DNA of 64,000 nt from Caecitellus pseudoparvulus (Eukaryota > Protista > Bigyra: Bicosoecida), in assembly GCA_965644315.1 (NCBI GenBank), contig CBFFRQ010000016.1:69364-133363 (forward strand), written 5' to 3'. This document shows positions 9,901-20,595 of this stretch, one piece after another (the stretch's first letter is position 1; the number at the start of each line of letters is the position of its first letter). The translations under genes were made by a program, and so were the position numbers. The notes under the pieces are model-generated. The model ran no database searches. It was not told the origin of the DNA and was given only the letters and a program-made list of their open reading frames with translations.

Positions 9901-12388
9901 TGGTACGCTTGCAGGCAGGGGCAGTTCCGGTGGGCAACCTGCAGGGGGAGGCGCGCACCAGTTGCCCGACGGCCAAGGTGCTGCAGCGGAGGCGTCAGGC
10001 GGGCACTTCGACATTTATGCTTCTCTCCGCTCCTCAACAGCTGCTGGGGGTAGTTCTCCTGCTGGTGGGGGCACGCTGGTGGGTGCTGCCCCAGGTGCAG
10101 CCCAGCGAGATGCGGCTGGTCGGCGCGTGAAGGTCCTCACGTTGAGCGGGCCAGAGCTGTGGGACATATTCCGCCCACTGCTGTTTCGTCGCCTCGTGCT
10201 GGGGGCTGGCTTCATGCTGCGTGCCGCACGACTCGCCACTGCCGCCCGTCGCTCCGCGAAGGCGTTTGCAGTGGGTTTGGGTCCGCGGTGCCTGAAGCAG
10301 TTCACTGCCGGGCGACGCACGGCAAAGGTTTGGGCCATGGGCATGACTGCTGGTGGCTTCGGCAAGCGCCTGGGGCTGTGCCATCGCAAGCTGTGCAGTG
10401 TGTTTGCGCTGGGCGCGCTCGTGCTGGATGCGAAGATGAAGGTGGCCGTGGATGTGGGTATGCTGGGCCCAGGTGGGCTGGCTGAGCTGCCCGAGTACAT
10501 GCAGAACCCGGCCTCCGTGCGGCAACTGTTTGCGTCTGCTTCGAAGAAGAAGCGGCGCACCATCAACACGGCGCGCAAGGGCAAGAAGGGGAAGGGAAAG
10601 GCGGCCGCGGCAGACGACTTTGACGGCGTGAAGACCCGCAACGTGCATTGGGACGCCATTTCCAATGTGGAGGGCACCATGTGGGACCGGGGCACCTCTG
10701 CGAACTTGAGTTTGAACCCCGAGTTGCAACGGCGTGTGAGCGTTGTGGATGCAGGCAAGCTCGTGCCCAGTTTGGAAGAGACGTTCGCTGCCAACCGGAC
10801 TGCGAAGAAGCCGAAGAAGGCAGGGGGTGTGCGCCCGAAGGGCCCCAAGGCCATCACGCTGTTGGACTCCAAGGCCCAGCAGAACATCGGCATCGGCGTG
10901 CGTGGCACGTTGGGCAAGATGTCCATGGCCACGGTTGCCGAGGCGCTGCGCAAGATGGATGCCTCAGCCCTGGGCGGACCCGACGCTGTGGCTGCGCTGG
11001 CCGAGCTTGACGCGTACTCTGAGGAGGTACTGGCGCCAGTGCGTGCGTTTACAGGTGATGCCAGCAAGCTGGGCATCGCGGAGAAGTACGTGCGTGAAGT
11101 GTCCCTGGCTGTGAGTGAGCCCAAGGCACGCCTGATGGTGATGGAGTTCATGTTCAACATGGACGAGATCAAGGCCTCTGCAGACACCAAGAGCGGCAAC
11201 TTGAAGGCGGCATGCCATGAGATCGTCAGTAGCAAGAAGTTTAAGACGCTGCTGGCGGACGTCATGCTGCCGCTGGGCAACCGCCTGAACGCGGGCAGCA
11301 AAAAGGGTATGGCGGCAGGCATCAAGCTGTCCTCCCTGAACAAGCTGCTCAACACGCGGGCAGCCACGGGAGAGACGTTCCTGCGCTTTGTGGTGGACGG
11401 CTTGATCGAAATGGAGGGGGAAGGCGAGGACTCGGGCGTGACGAACACCCTGTTGGACCTGGACGAGGACATGCCCACGGTGCTGCGGGTGAAGCACGCC
11501 ACCATGTCCCCCGCCATCATCGAGCTGGACGTGGCCCGACTCAAGAAGGGCTGCAACATCGCGGAGTCGCTGTTGAAGAAAGGCCAGGCAGCTGGGGACA
11601 GCGGCCTGGTGGACATCCTGGAGCCGGTGGTGGAGGATGCCCAGGCGGCGCTGGAGGAGGCAGCCAAGGGCATGTACGAGGCAGTGGAGGAGTTCGACAA
11701 GATGTGCCGCTTCGTGGGCGAGAGCAAGGGCAAGAGCACGCCTGAGGCAGTGTTCGGGTACGTGTCCCGCTTCGTGCAGCAGGTGACGTCGGAGAAGAAG
11801 GCGTCCATGGCACGCGCGGCCCGCAAGGCCAAGGAGGCCGCTCGCAAGGCCCAGGTGCAGGGGATGAAGGACAGGAAGGCTGGGAGCGGGGAAAAGCCGA
11901 CGCCTAAGAAGCCCAAGGCCTCCAGCAAGCTCCCGCACAACCCCTTGCTGCACGGGCCGAAGCCGGCCGAGCAGCTGCCGCCCAAGCCAAGCAGCAAACC
12001 AACTGCGCCCCCCAAGCCTGGCAGCAAGCCTGCAGCGCCGCCCAAGGCAGGCAAGCCGAAGCCACGGTCAAAGCGGCGGTCTGTGTTGGGCGGCGTGGGC
12101 GCCATGGCTCCCACCCAGGACGAAGAGAAGGAGTTGGTGGGGCAGGTGCAGAACAAGATGATGGCGAAGTTCCGCCGCGCGAGCATGGCGCTCATCGCTG
12201 CTGGGGCCATTGCGAACGAAAAGGCCTTCTTCTCTGGTGGGGAAGATGATGATGATGATGAAGAGGGAGGGGGCTCCAAGGGCAGCAAGGGGGGGGCTGC
12301 AGGGTCAGGTGGGCGCCCGTCGCGGTCTCGCACCCTCAGCAACATCGGCGAAGGGGAGGAAGAGGAGGAAGAGGAGGACGACGATTGA
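6918..12388 (+). CDS. Formin (FH2 domain) with N-terminal SH3 domain; predicted introns 7035-7175 and 7282-7343
   Basis: SH3: AVHSHMPESDVEVQISRGDIV...DDDWWYG...EGWLPPSHL. FH2: RNVHWDAI..GTMW, ITLLDSKAQQNIGI, LGNRLNAGS..AAGIKLSSLNKL. Two upstream exons link in phase from ATG 6918. Confidence 0.88.
9233..9577 (+). repeat. 51-bp coding tandem repeat, ~6.8 copies, encoding GPVVAGYGGAGPGAAGG
   Basis: Near-identical units start at 9233, 9284, 9335, 9386, 9437, 9488 and 9539. Confidence 0.95.
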
Positions 12389-12522
12389 GCTCTGAACCGC
12401 CCTGGGCATTTCACATTCACTGTGACGTGGAATTCACTCCATCTCTCCTTTGGAGAACCTGCCTCCGGCCTGGGCGTGCCCCGCTGCGTACTTTGAGTCG
12501 ACCACCGCCTTGGCCCAAAACC

Positions 12523-13573
12523 ATGATGGCTTCCTCGGCGCCTCAGCACAGCTTTGTGGACGAGCTTGCGGAAGCACGGGCAGCATCGGCAAGCACTTCG
12601 GATGCACACAAGCGCATGAGGCGTGTGCGGGGCTGTGATAAGTGCGACTGTTTTTGGTTCGGTACGCAAGCCCAAATGGGCGACAAGCTTGTCAGACCGA
12701 AGCAGCTGCGTTTCAGTATGAAACGCAGGCTAGCCCCACCTTCTGCGCAGTGTACGCCATTCGGATTCTGAGTGCATTCACGGGGTTGGGTGTCAGCACC
12801 ATTTCTGTGTTTGGCTTCTTCATGGCGGATGGGCTGGTGTGTATCACTCCAACGGGTGCTCCGCAGAGGCAGCCTTCTCCTCACCGTTCACCTTCTCTCC
12901 GCAGTTCAAGCGAGGTTCAGAGCGGGTGCCTGGCTTGTACGGGACTAGCTTTGCTGAATTTGGGATCTTTACAGGAGTTGTCAGTGTGTACTTTGTTGTC
13001 TTTGGCCTGCTCATCGTGGCTGCTGAGCTGCGCATGGCATCCATCAAGCAAACTGTGCTGGCCCACGTGAGCTTCCTGTCCACCTTCATCGGGAGGGGGG
13101 CCTTCTATCTCTTGCTGGGAACACTGCTGTTGCTGCCGGGGCATGTAGCTTCCCGTGTCATCGGCGGCTTGCTGCTGGCGTGTGGGCTGTGCCAGCTCGT
13201 CGTCAGTGCTGCGGTGTCCAAGGATGCACTGCAGCTGCAGGAGGTAGAGGACGACCTCACCAGCATCTTCAGCAAACCAGATCCAAAGGAGAGGGGGCAG
13301 GCCAGGACCAAAGTGGGTGCCAAGGCTGCACAGGGTGACGTAGAGTCCAGTCGGGGGACGCGGGTGAGCAGGGCGCAGTCTGGGGCAGGCAAGGCAGGCC
13401 GGTCCACATCCACTGTGGAAACTGCCAACCCCCTGGGAAGCACCAGTGCCCAACGCAGTAGCGCTGTGCCGTCCAGCCATTCAGGGTCGCAGGGGTGCGA
13501 CGGGGGGGGAGAGGAGCAGCAAGGGCCGCCGCCCAGCGGCAGCGCCGACAACCCCTTCTTGGCTATGGAGTGA
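12523..13573 (+). CDS. COPI-associated/TVP15-family Golgi membrane protein; introns 12662-12750 and 12837-12904
   Basis: Family-like motif YFVVFGLLIVAAE...SFLSTFIGRGAFYLLLG, several TM segments, C-terminal NPF motif. Exons join in phase. Confidence 0.75.
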
Positions 13574-14178
13574 TGTCGCTCTCAGCGTGATCCTGTCCAG
13601 CGCCCACGCCGTCGGGTGTGCAGCTGCCCTGTGGCAGGCCTGCTGCAGCGGAGATGGCAGCCACCTCGCGCAGCAGGGCATCGGCCTCGGGCTGCCCGGC
13701 TGCGCTCTGCGTCGGCAATGCCTTCAGCTGCGCAAAGGCTGCGTCGATGCGGGAAAGGGCTGCAGCTGCCGTGTCGCTAGCCGGTGAGGGCTGCGTGTGT
13801 CTGTGGAGGTGATGCGTGGTGGCTGTGTGCAGACTGAGGAAAGTCAACGACGCAGGCCGGGGTGAAGGCACTCACCGCACGATGGCAGCGGCTTTGCTCA
13901 GCTCAAAGCTGATGCGAGAGGCAGTCGCAAAGCCAGCGTCGAAACCAACTTGAATGGATGCCTCGCGGCCGGCGTCGATGCCCTCCCGAATGCCAGCCTG
14001 CACCTTGCGGGACGCAAAACATGGGAAAGCGCGGCTGGAAGAGAGCCGGGCTGGCACGCACCGTCTGAAACTGCCTTTGCATGCTTCGAGAGTCTGCCTC
14101 TGCGCCCCAAGCACAGTCATCGCCGTCGCTGGCGCTCGCGCTGTCTTGGAGCCAGTCTGCGTCGTCCATGCCTGCCAT
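13563..14178 (-). CDS. YAE1: YAE1-like protein (deca-GX3 motif); introns 13998-14061 and 13801-13875
   Basis: AGIREGIDAGREASIQVGFDAGF matches the Yae1 GYRDGI.AGKE..Q.GFD.G pattern. Three exons join in phase. Confidence 0.7.
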
Positions 14179-14394
14179 TCCGGGTGGAGAGCATGCAATT
14201 ACCGCAGGCGGCAGGCTGTGCTGAACCCTCGGCGCAGATGGTCAATTCTCAGCCGCGCAACAATGTGCATGGTCTGGGTGTATGCAGACACTGGTTCAGT
14301 GTGTCCGTATTTTGGATTCGTTTGACGGTGGGATTGTGCGCCAGCAGGGGGACCTGTGCCTGCGTAAACCTGGCGTTTCCCGGAAGCGCTAGCT

Positions 14395-15684
14395 ATGTCC
14401 GAGCACAGCGACGTGCTGCCCGTGCTGCCTCCAGTGGGCACATTGCCTGGGGCAGTGCGAAACTCGGTATGTATTCCCACGTCCTACTGCGTCCAGTGAC
14501 CCCACCCATGCACTTGTACTGCTGCGTGACCTGCAGAAATGGTGCTACCGTTTCGGGTACTTGGCTGCTAACGTGGGCTTGCTGGTGCTCATGTGGAGCT
14601 TCCGAGGCAGCTGGTTGACAGACGTCCACGGCAACACCCAGTTCGGAGGTGCTGTTCCACTCCTCCTGGTTGTGCTGCTCGCCTTTGCCACGTATGCTCT
14701 GGTGCAGGGCTCCAACCCCGGCTATGTGTATGCTGGTGAGCTGACTGGCTGTGAGGGGCTCGCCCTGCTCCTCGCACTTGTCCCCCGCCCCCCTTCCTCC
14801 ACGCAGATGCCCAAGGGGGCAACGCGACAAGCACAGCCCGATGGCACACGGAGGACGAAGCTGCCGGGCTCATGTCGCTGGATGGCCAACTGGACGTGGA
14901 CGACTGCGACTTGGAGCTGGGTAGCGCAGGTTTTGACGCAGCTGCCGCCGAAGAGGCAGAAGGCAGCCCCACAGCAGATGCCTCATCAACAAGGCTGGAA
15001 CGTGAGCTGGCAGCCGCCGAGCTCATGTCTGGTGCTGACTCCCTGATGCCAGGCGGCGCCTTCCGTGGAGCAGATGGCACAGTGCGGTGCATCTGGTGTG
15101 CTGTGCAGCAGCCAGTGCGGGCACACCATTGCCGCAAGTGCAAGATGTGTGTGCATGGCTTCGATCACCACTGCAACATGCTGGGCACCTGCATCGGCGA
15201 AGGCAACAAGCTGCGGTTTTGGCTGTTCCTCACCGCCCAGACCCTTGCCCTGTGTGTGGCGGTGGCGTACGCGCACAGCTGCTTCTACTCTGCCCAGTCC
15301 TGGGGCTGGGGGACGTGGTTCGGCGTGAACGCCACGGCACTGCTGCAAGCCATCCTGTACTACTTCCTGCTGGGCATGGTGGGGAGCCTGTGGGCCATGC
15401 ACTCCTGGCTGGCGCTGGTGAACGGCACCACGTACGAAGTGCTCCGGGGGGCCAAAGGCACGTATTACCTGGCAGGTTCCCAGCTGTGTGACTGGCCCTT
15501 CAGTGATGGCCTGGCATTCAACCTGCGCCACTTCTGCTGCAGCAGTGACGCGCTGCTCGCTGCGTTGATGGGGCGACAGTGGGCCCCAGCACGGTGGCCT
15601 GACCCCCGCCACCATCCTGTGCAGCGGGACAGCGACGACGTCATGAACAATTGCTGGCAGAACAGGTACTGGTCTTGTTGTTGA
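14395..15684 (+). CDS. DHHC palmitoyltransferase (ZDHHC/PAT); introns 14467-14536 and 14736-14806
   Basis: CIWC...QPVRAHHCRKCKMCVHGFDHHCNMLGTCIGEGN cysteine-rich domain, NPG motif, TTYE motif, C-terminal NRYWSCC. Confidence 0.93.
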
Positions 15685-15712
15685 AGTGCATTGTGTGTGA
15701 CGGGCGAATGCA

Positions 15713-16429
15713 TCAACGCCTTGGGGGAGGCCCCGGCCGTGCAGGAGCGGCCGGACCCTTGCCCTTGGGCGCCGTGCTCGGAGCCGTGTAGGCTGCCTGG
15801 CAGGCTGCGGCAGACTTGGCCAGGGCTGCGTCCGCCTCGCTGAGTCCTGCCAGCTGCCCCGCATCGTACCCAAGCCGGGTAGCTTCGTGCTGCTCCTGCA
15901 CCCGAGCCAGACCTTGCCGCACTACAGCCTCCTTTTCAGCGATGCTGCGTTCAATGAGGCCTTTGGCAGCCCGGCACATCATGTCATGACTGAATTCTAA
16001 CTCAGCTAGTTCGACTGTGCGCAAGACATCGCAAGGGGTGCGTGCGGAGTGCAGGCGGAAGGAAAAGCTGCACGTGCGATGCTGAGTCGCTGCGACCAAG
16101 TCTGCCAGCGCACCTTTCGCTGTCAAGCTCCACTTGTCGCCAGGAGCCACCTCCACAAACACGGCAATGTGCGCATAGTGTTCTGGGATGGGCTGTGTCT
16201 GTGTTGGCTTGGACCACCGCGTGATGAAGGGGAAGAGGTTGTTGGTGATCATGCCCTGCGGTGGGTCGCGCTCTCGCACGGCGACTTGGTAGTCCCCCAC
16301 CGCCCACTCCGCCAGGCGCGCGTCCAAGAAAGCACGAGCTGTCGCACGACGTGCCTGTCTGAGTTCTGCCCCTGAGACAGGCCCAGCAGCAGCCTGGCTC
16401 CCAGTCTGCGGTGCCGCCTGCGCACTCAT
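15713..16429 (-). CDS. AKAP14/AKAP28-like protein
   Basis: TRWSKPTQTQPIPEHYAHIAVFVEV resembles the AKAP28-family RWSIPTRRKPIPRATA.VYF motif. First ATG at 16429. Confidence 0.5.
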   Translation of the reverse strand: MSAQAAPQTGSQAAAGPVSGAELRQARRATARAFLDARLAEWAVGDYQVAVRERDPPQGMITNNLFPFITRWSKPTQTQPIPEHYAHIAVFVEVAPGDKWSLTAKGALADLVAATQHRTCSFSFRLHSARTPCDVLRTVELAELEFSHDMMCRAAKGLIERSIAEKEAVVRQGLARVQEQHEATRLGYDAGQLAGLSEADAALAKSAAACQAAYTAPSTAPKGKGPAAPARPGPPPRR

Positions 16430-16582
16430 GGTGCAGGTACGGTGGGCAGCCGGTGCTGCCTGCACCCGGCCAAGCTAACACGTGGACGGCAACTGGGTAC
16501 AATGCGGAGGTGCATCAGATTCACCAGAACGCTATGATGAGTGTATTGGCCATGGGGCGCTGGTGCACGCGAGGGGAAGGGC

Positions 16583-18634
16583 TCACCCTTGAGAAGGTGT
16601 GTCATCGGACCACAGCCTCTGCAAGCGCCACGCCACGAGGTCCTTGATCCACGGCACTTCCCCTTGGTCGTGGATGACCCCCGCAGAGCCCAGCTCCAGC
16701 CCGGGGTGCACAAACACCAGGAGCCACCACATGACAAACAGGTGCAGGGCCACCCCCAGCACCAGCACCAGCCAATTGTACGCGAGCACAGGCCAGCGCA
16801 GCACGGCGTGCACTGGGTTGGACAGCAGAATAGCTGTGAGGGGCGTGACCACCAGTGCATCCAGCACCCAACACACTGCGAAGACCAGGAGCGTAGACGC
16901 CACGGTGGCAGCCCAGAACCATGCCACCGTCGGCGGGCTCCCAGCCGGGATGCGGGGGGCGGTGTCCGGGTACGTCCCATCCACCTCCAGGCGGGCCACT
17001 GCCGCAAGGGGGCCGTGTGGTGCAGACGGCCAGCACTTGGCAACTGTCTCCCCCCACTCGGCGGCAATGTGTGGGTCTGGCGAGTAGTCCTCGGGCGAGG
17101 GCACGGCCCCCCAGACTGCCTGCACGGCGGAGGCGTTCATGCCGGCACCCGCCCCATCAGCCGCAAGGATGCCGGCAGGCCAGGTGCCATTGAGCCACAT
17201 GTTCATGTTGGCGACGGAGCTGGCATGCGGGTGCAGGACGGGGCGTGGGACGGGGAGGGGCATGGTGCTGTCCGGCATGAGCAGGGCGGGGTCACGGTAC
17301 AGCAGCAGCTGCAGCATGGGGTGCAGCAGGTAGGCAAGGTAAGACAGCCGAGCCATGGGGCGCCACGCCTTGTGCGCCAATACCTGCGTGGCCATTGAGG
17401 GCGGTGTAGCTGCCTGGGGCGTCTTGTGGGAGCGCAGAAGGGGTGCGCCCAGCACCAAGACACCCACCAGCCAGCTCCACGCAAGCGCAGAGCCGATGGA
17501 GCCCACATGCACCAGCATGTGCCAGTCGATACTGGGTGCCAGGGCGGCATCTGGTGCAGTGAGGGCCAGGAAGGCGACGAAGGCGGCTGGTGCCAGGCAT
17601 CGCAGGGCAGTCGGCAGGGTTGCTGCGCTGAGGAGCCAGTCCACCGCCTGGCGAGCTGTCTGGTTGTGGCCTGTCTGCCAGCTGTGCAGGATCCAGGCAA
17701 GGAGCACGCCGATGTACAACACGCCCATGCGGTTGAAGGGGTGCATGTACCACCACAGCCCCGTCATGCCCAAGAACACCCCACCCGCCGGCAGCATGCG
17801 CAAGTGCACGTGGGTCACTGCCCGAGCCAGACTACCCAGCGCCAGCACGACAGCGACGAAAGCCGGCAGGCGCCAGGACTTGTGCAGGGCCAGCACTCTG
17901 GCCACCAGCGGGAACAGCAGGTAGAAGAAGGTGTACTGCGTGGTCAGGTTCCAGGTGTGGATGAGCGTGCCGCCGTACGGCGCGATGGACTGCAGGTGCA
18001 GGAGGTGGGTCCACCACAGCTCACAGCCGTTAGTGGCACAGGAGGCGTCCTCTGCCATGAACCTGGCAAAGCTGGCCCGTGAGTCGTTGCGGATGCTGCC
18101 GAGGTTGTATGCGCAGCCGGGGAAGAGGACGAGGCAGTGCAGGACCAAGGCCAGCGCGATGGGGGGCATGATGCGCACAAAACGGCGGTACCAGCTGCCT
18201 TCATGGCGACTGCAACAGCCTGCCTGCTCGTCAGACGCAGCTGAGGTCCTCTCCAGGGCTGACCCACGCGAATCGCCGTCCGCAGCGCGCTTACTGAGAG
18301 CGACGGAGGCTTTGGCAGCCTTGCGCATGAACTGCAGGCCCAGTAGGAAGCCTGTGAGCACGAGGAAGGCATCCACTACCAAATACCCGATGGAGAGCAG
18401 CCACTGTGACTGCGCAGTAGGGGGAGCAGGGGACGGGGCGCAGCAGTGAGGGTTGCTGCCGCAGTGCGGAAAGTGCCAGCAGCTCCAGGTCACCTTCGCA
18501 ATGGCTTGAAACTCGTGCCGACACATCCAGTTGATCATGAAACACAGCGAGTGAAAGGCAATGATCCACAAGTTAGCGATGGACCGCAGCCCATCCAGGG
18601 CGGTGGTGTGCAGGGTGCGTGGCAGGCCGTCCAT
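16583..18634 (-). CDS. Acyltransferase-3 (OafA/NRF-6-like) multi-pass membrane O-acyltransferase; in-frame intron 18410-18493
   Basis: LDGLRSIANLWIIAFH, VDAFLVLTGFL, YRRFVRIMP, HTWNL, ARLSYLAYLLHP motifs. Confidence 0.88.
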   Translation of the reverse strand: MDGLPRTLHTTALDGLRSIANLWIIAFHSLCFMINWMCRHEFQAIAKVTWSCWHFPHCGSNPHCCAPSPAPPTAQSQWLLSIGYLVVDAFLVLTGFLLGLQFMRKAAKASVALSKRAADGDSRGSALERTSAASDEQAGCCSRHEGSWYRRFVRIMPPIALALVLHCLVLFPGCAYNLGSIRNDSRASFARFMAEDASCATNGCELWWTHLLHLQSIAPYGGTLIHTWNLTTQYTFFYLLFPLVARVLALHKSWRLPAFVAVVLALGSLARAVTHVHLRMLPAGGVFLGMTGLWWYMHPFNRMGVLYIGVLLAWILHSWQTGHNQTARQAVDWLLSAATLPTALRCLAPAAFVAFLALTAPDAALAPSIDWHMLVHVGSIGSALAWSWLVGVLVLGAPLLRSHKTPQAATPPSMATQVLAHKAWRPMARLSYLAYLLHPMLQLLLYRDPALLMPDSTMPLPVPRPVLHPHASSVANMNMWLNGTWPAGILAADGAGAGMNASAVQAVWGAVPSPEDYSPDPHIAAEWGETVAKCWPSAPHGPLAAVARLEVDGTYPDTAPRIPAGSPPTVAWFWAATVASTLLVFAVCWVLDALVVTPLTAILLSNPVHAVLRWPVLAYNWLVLVLGVALHLFVMWWLLVFVHPGLELGSAGVIHDQGEVPWIKDLVAWRLQRLWSDDTPSQG

Positions 18635-18977
18635 GCCGCAGGGTTGGGGAAGGTGAAGCTCAACACGCCTTCGCTCAAACCGCAGCTGTGTGTAGACCAG
18701 GCCGAGTCGCCAGGGCGGGCACAGAGAGGTCGTAAGGGTGTGTAGCAAAATGATCTTCGATCGCCACATCCATGCCTGGGCCTGCAGGCGCAGGCTGTGT
18801 TTGAAGTATTCGCGGGTTCGCATCGCACGGGACAGGCTAGAGGTGTGTGGGCTGCCACATTGCCTGCGTCGCCATCATCCCAAGTACCCGGTCAAAGCGA
18901 GACACCCGAAGATAGTCAGGGGCGTGGCTTGGGTCACCTTGCATGCATGAAGTATACTCACAGGCCCAGCAGGCACC

Positions 18978-20060
18978 ATGGCGTTGTCAAGACGGCTTGC
19001 CGCGGTCGCGAGGGCTGCGTGCGGAAATCGAGCCGCCATTTCGTCCAGCGCTGGCACTGCAGCCCGCGTGCGGCCCATGGTGCACATGTCGGGGTCCAAG
19101 CGCAAGGGAAAGCGTGGTGTCATAGGGAAACCCTTCCCTGTGGAGCCTGCCCGTGTGACAGCTCCTCTCACAGTGCCAGAGGGCATTGCCCGTCCAGCCT
19201 ACGCAGACACAGGCACGGCACCCAGCACGGCTCACGTGTTGGAAGTCCTGGATGAAGGCGGCATTGCCGACATCCGCGCGGCCGCGGGCCTGGCCAGGGA
19301 TGTCCTGGCAGAAGCAGGCGGCATTCTGCAGCCCGGCATGACGACCGACGACATCGACGCCTTCGTGCACAAGGCCATCGTGGCCGGTGGAGCGTACCCC
19401 GCCCCCTTGAACTACATGGGCTTCCCCAAGAGCGTCTGCACCAGCGTGAACGAGGTGGTGTGCCACGGCATCCCCGACCTGCGCCCGCTGGAGGCAGGGG
19501 ACATTGTCTCCATCGACGTGTCCCTGTACGGGTGGGGCAAGTGCGGAGACACCTGCCGCACCTTTATCGTGCCGGACGGGGAGGGGGCGGAGCAGGGCGA
19601 GGAGGCGGTGGATGGAGACAGCGCACACCTGGTGCGGGCGGCAAAGGCCTGCCTGGACGCTGGCTCGGCGATGGCAGTGGAGGGCGCCAACGTGAATCTG
19701 GTGGGGGACGCGGTGTGGCAGGCCACACGGGAGTGGGGTGTCTCCAACGTCGACTCCATGTGCGGCCACGGCATCGGCAGCAACATGCACCAGGCGCCTC
19801 TGGTGCTGCACTGCCCCAACAACGTCTACACGCCCCTGCAGGCGGGCATGGTGATCACGGTGGAGCCCATGGTGGTGCAGGGCTCGGGGTCTGTGACCAA
19901 GTGGGCCGACGGCTGGACCATCACCACTGTGGACAGGGGGCTGGCAGCCCAGTTCGAGCACATGCTGCTCATCAACCCTGACGGTGCGCCGCCTGACGTG
20001 TTGACCGCTTGGGAGGGCGCCAGACATGCGACCTGCCCATGGCTGCCAGGACAGGGGTGA
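18978..20060 (+). CDS. MAP1D: Methionine aminopeptidase type 1, organellar (MAP1D-like)
   Basis: GFPKSVCTSVNEVVCHGIPD, IDVS..GDT, GHGIG, TVEP, AAQFEH; all metal ligands present. Arg/Ala-rich transit peptide. Confidence 0.95.
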   Translation: MALSRRLAAVARAACGNRAAISSSAGTAARVRPMVHMSGSKRKGKRGVIGKPFPVEPARVTAPLTVPEGIARPAYADTGTAPSTAHVLEVLDEGGIADIRAAAGLARDVLAEAGGILQPGMTTDDIDAFVHKAIVAGGAYPAPLNYMGFPKSVCTSVNEVVCHGIPDLRPLEAGDIVSIDVSLYGWGKCGDTCRTFIVPDGEGAEQGEEAVDGDSAHLVRAAKACLDAGSAMAVEGANVNLVGDAVWQATREWGVSNVDSMCGHGIGSNMHQAPLVLHCPNNVYTPLQAGMVITVEPMVVQGSGSVTKWADGWTITTVDRGLAAQFEHMLLINPDGAPPDVLTAWEGARHATCPWLPGQG

Positions 20061-20595
20061 GGGCTGGTCCCCGCAAAGACCGCTGTGGGGTGCCAGGGGG
20101 CCATGCTTGTTGTGCTGGACAAGCAGTGTGGGCACCATTGGCAATAGTGCGCTGGGTGTGCCGATGCGGGGAGTGCTTGCGTTGCAGAGCCTGGTGATGT
20201 CATGTGATGGGACGCCAGAGGGCTGGCTGCAGCGGGCGACCAGCACAGGTTTCATTTTCAGAGCCCCCACCTACTAATGATGAATGCATCTCCTGCACGT
20301 CTTCAAACGACGGCTGCTGCCCCTGCTCTGCTCGAAACTGCCCCTGGCAGGCACGTGCCGACACGTCAGGAAGCTCCGTTGGCTGCCTCTTGGCTGCGCA
20401 ACGCTGGCAGTTCAGAGGGAGCGCTGCGCCCCCTCAGCCCCGCTATCGTTGCCAAGCGACAGCTTTTGTTGCGCTGGTGGCCTGCTGACCGCGTCTTTTC
20501 CCGGCACAAGCTCCTGAGGCGTTGCAGCACTGCCGCCCCTGCAGCCGCACTGCGACGTAGCTGAAACCTCGCCCTCGTCTCCGCCCCCCTCCACG

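Noticed and set aside
10015-12675. 886-aa antisense ORF (also 24742-26082, 43291-44883, 52113-53417 and similar)
   Set aside because: Antisense shadows of well-supported genes; stops are rare in GC-rich, codon-biased DNA.
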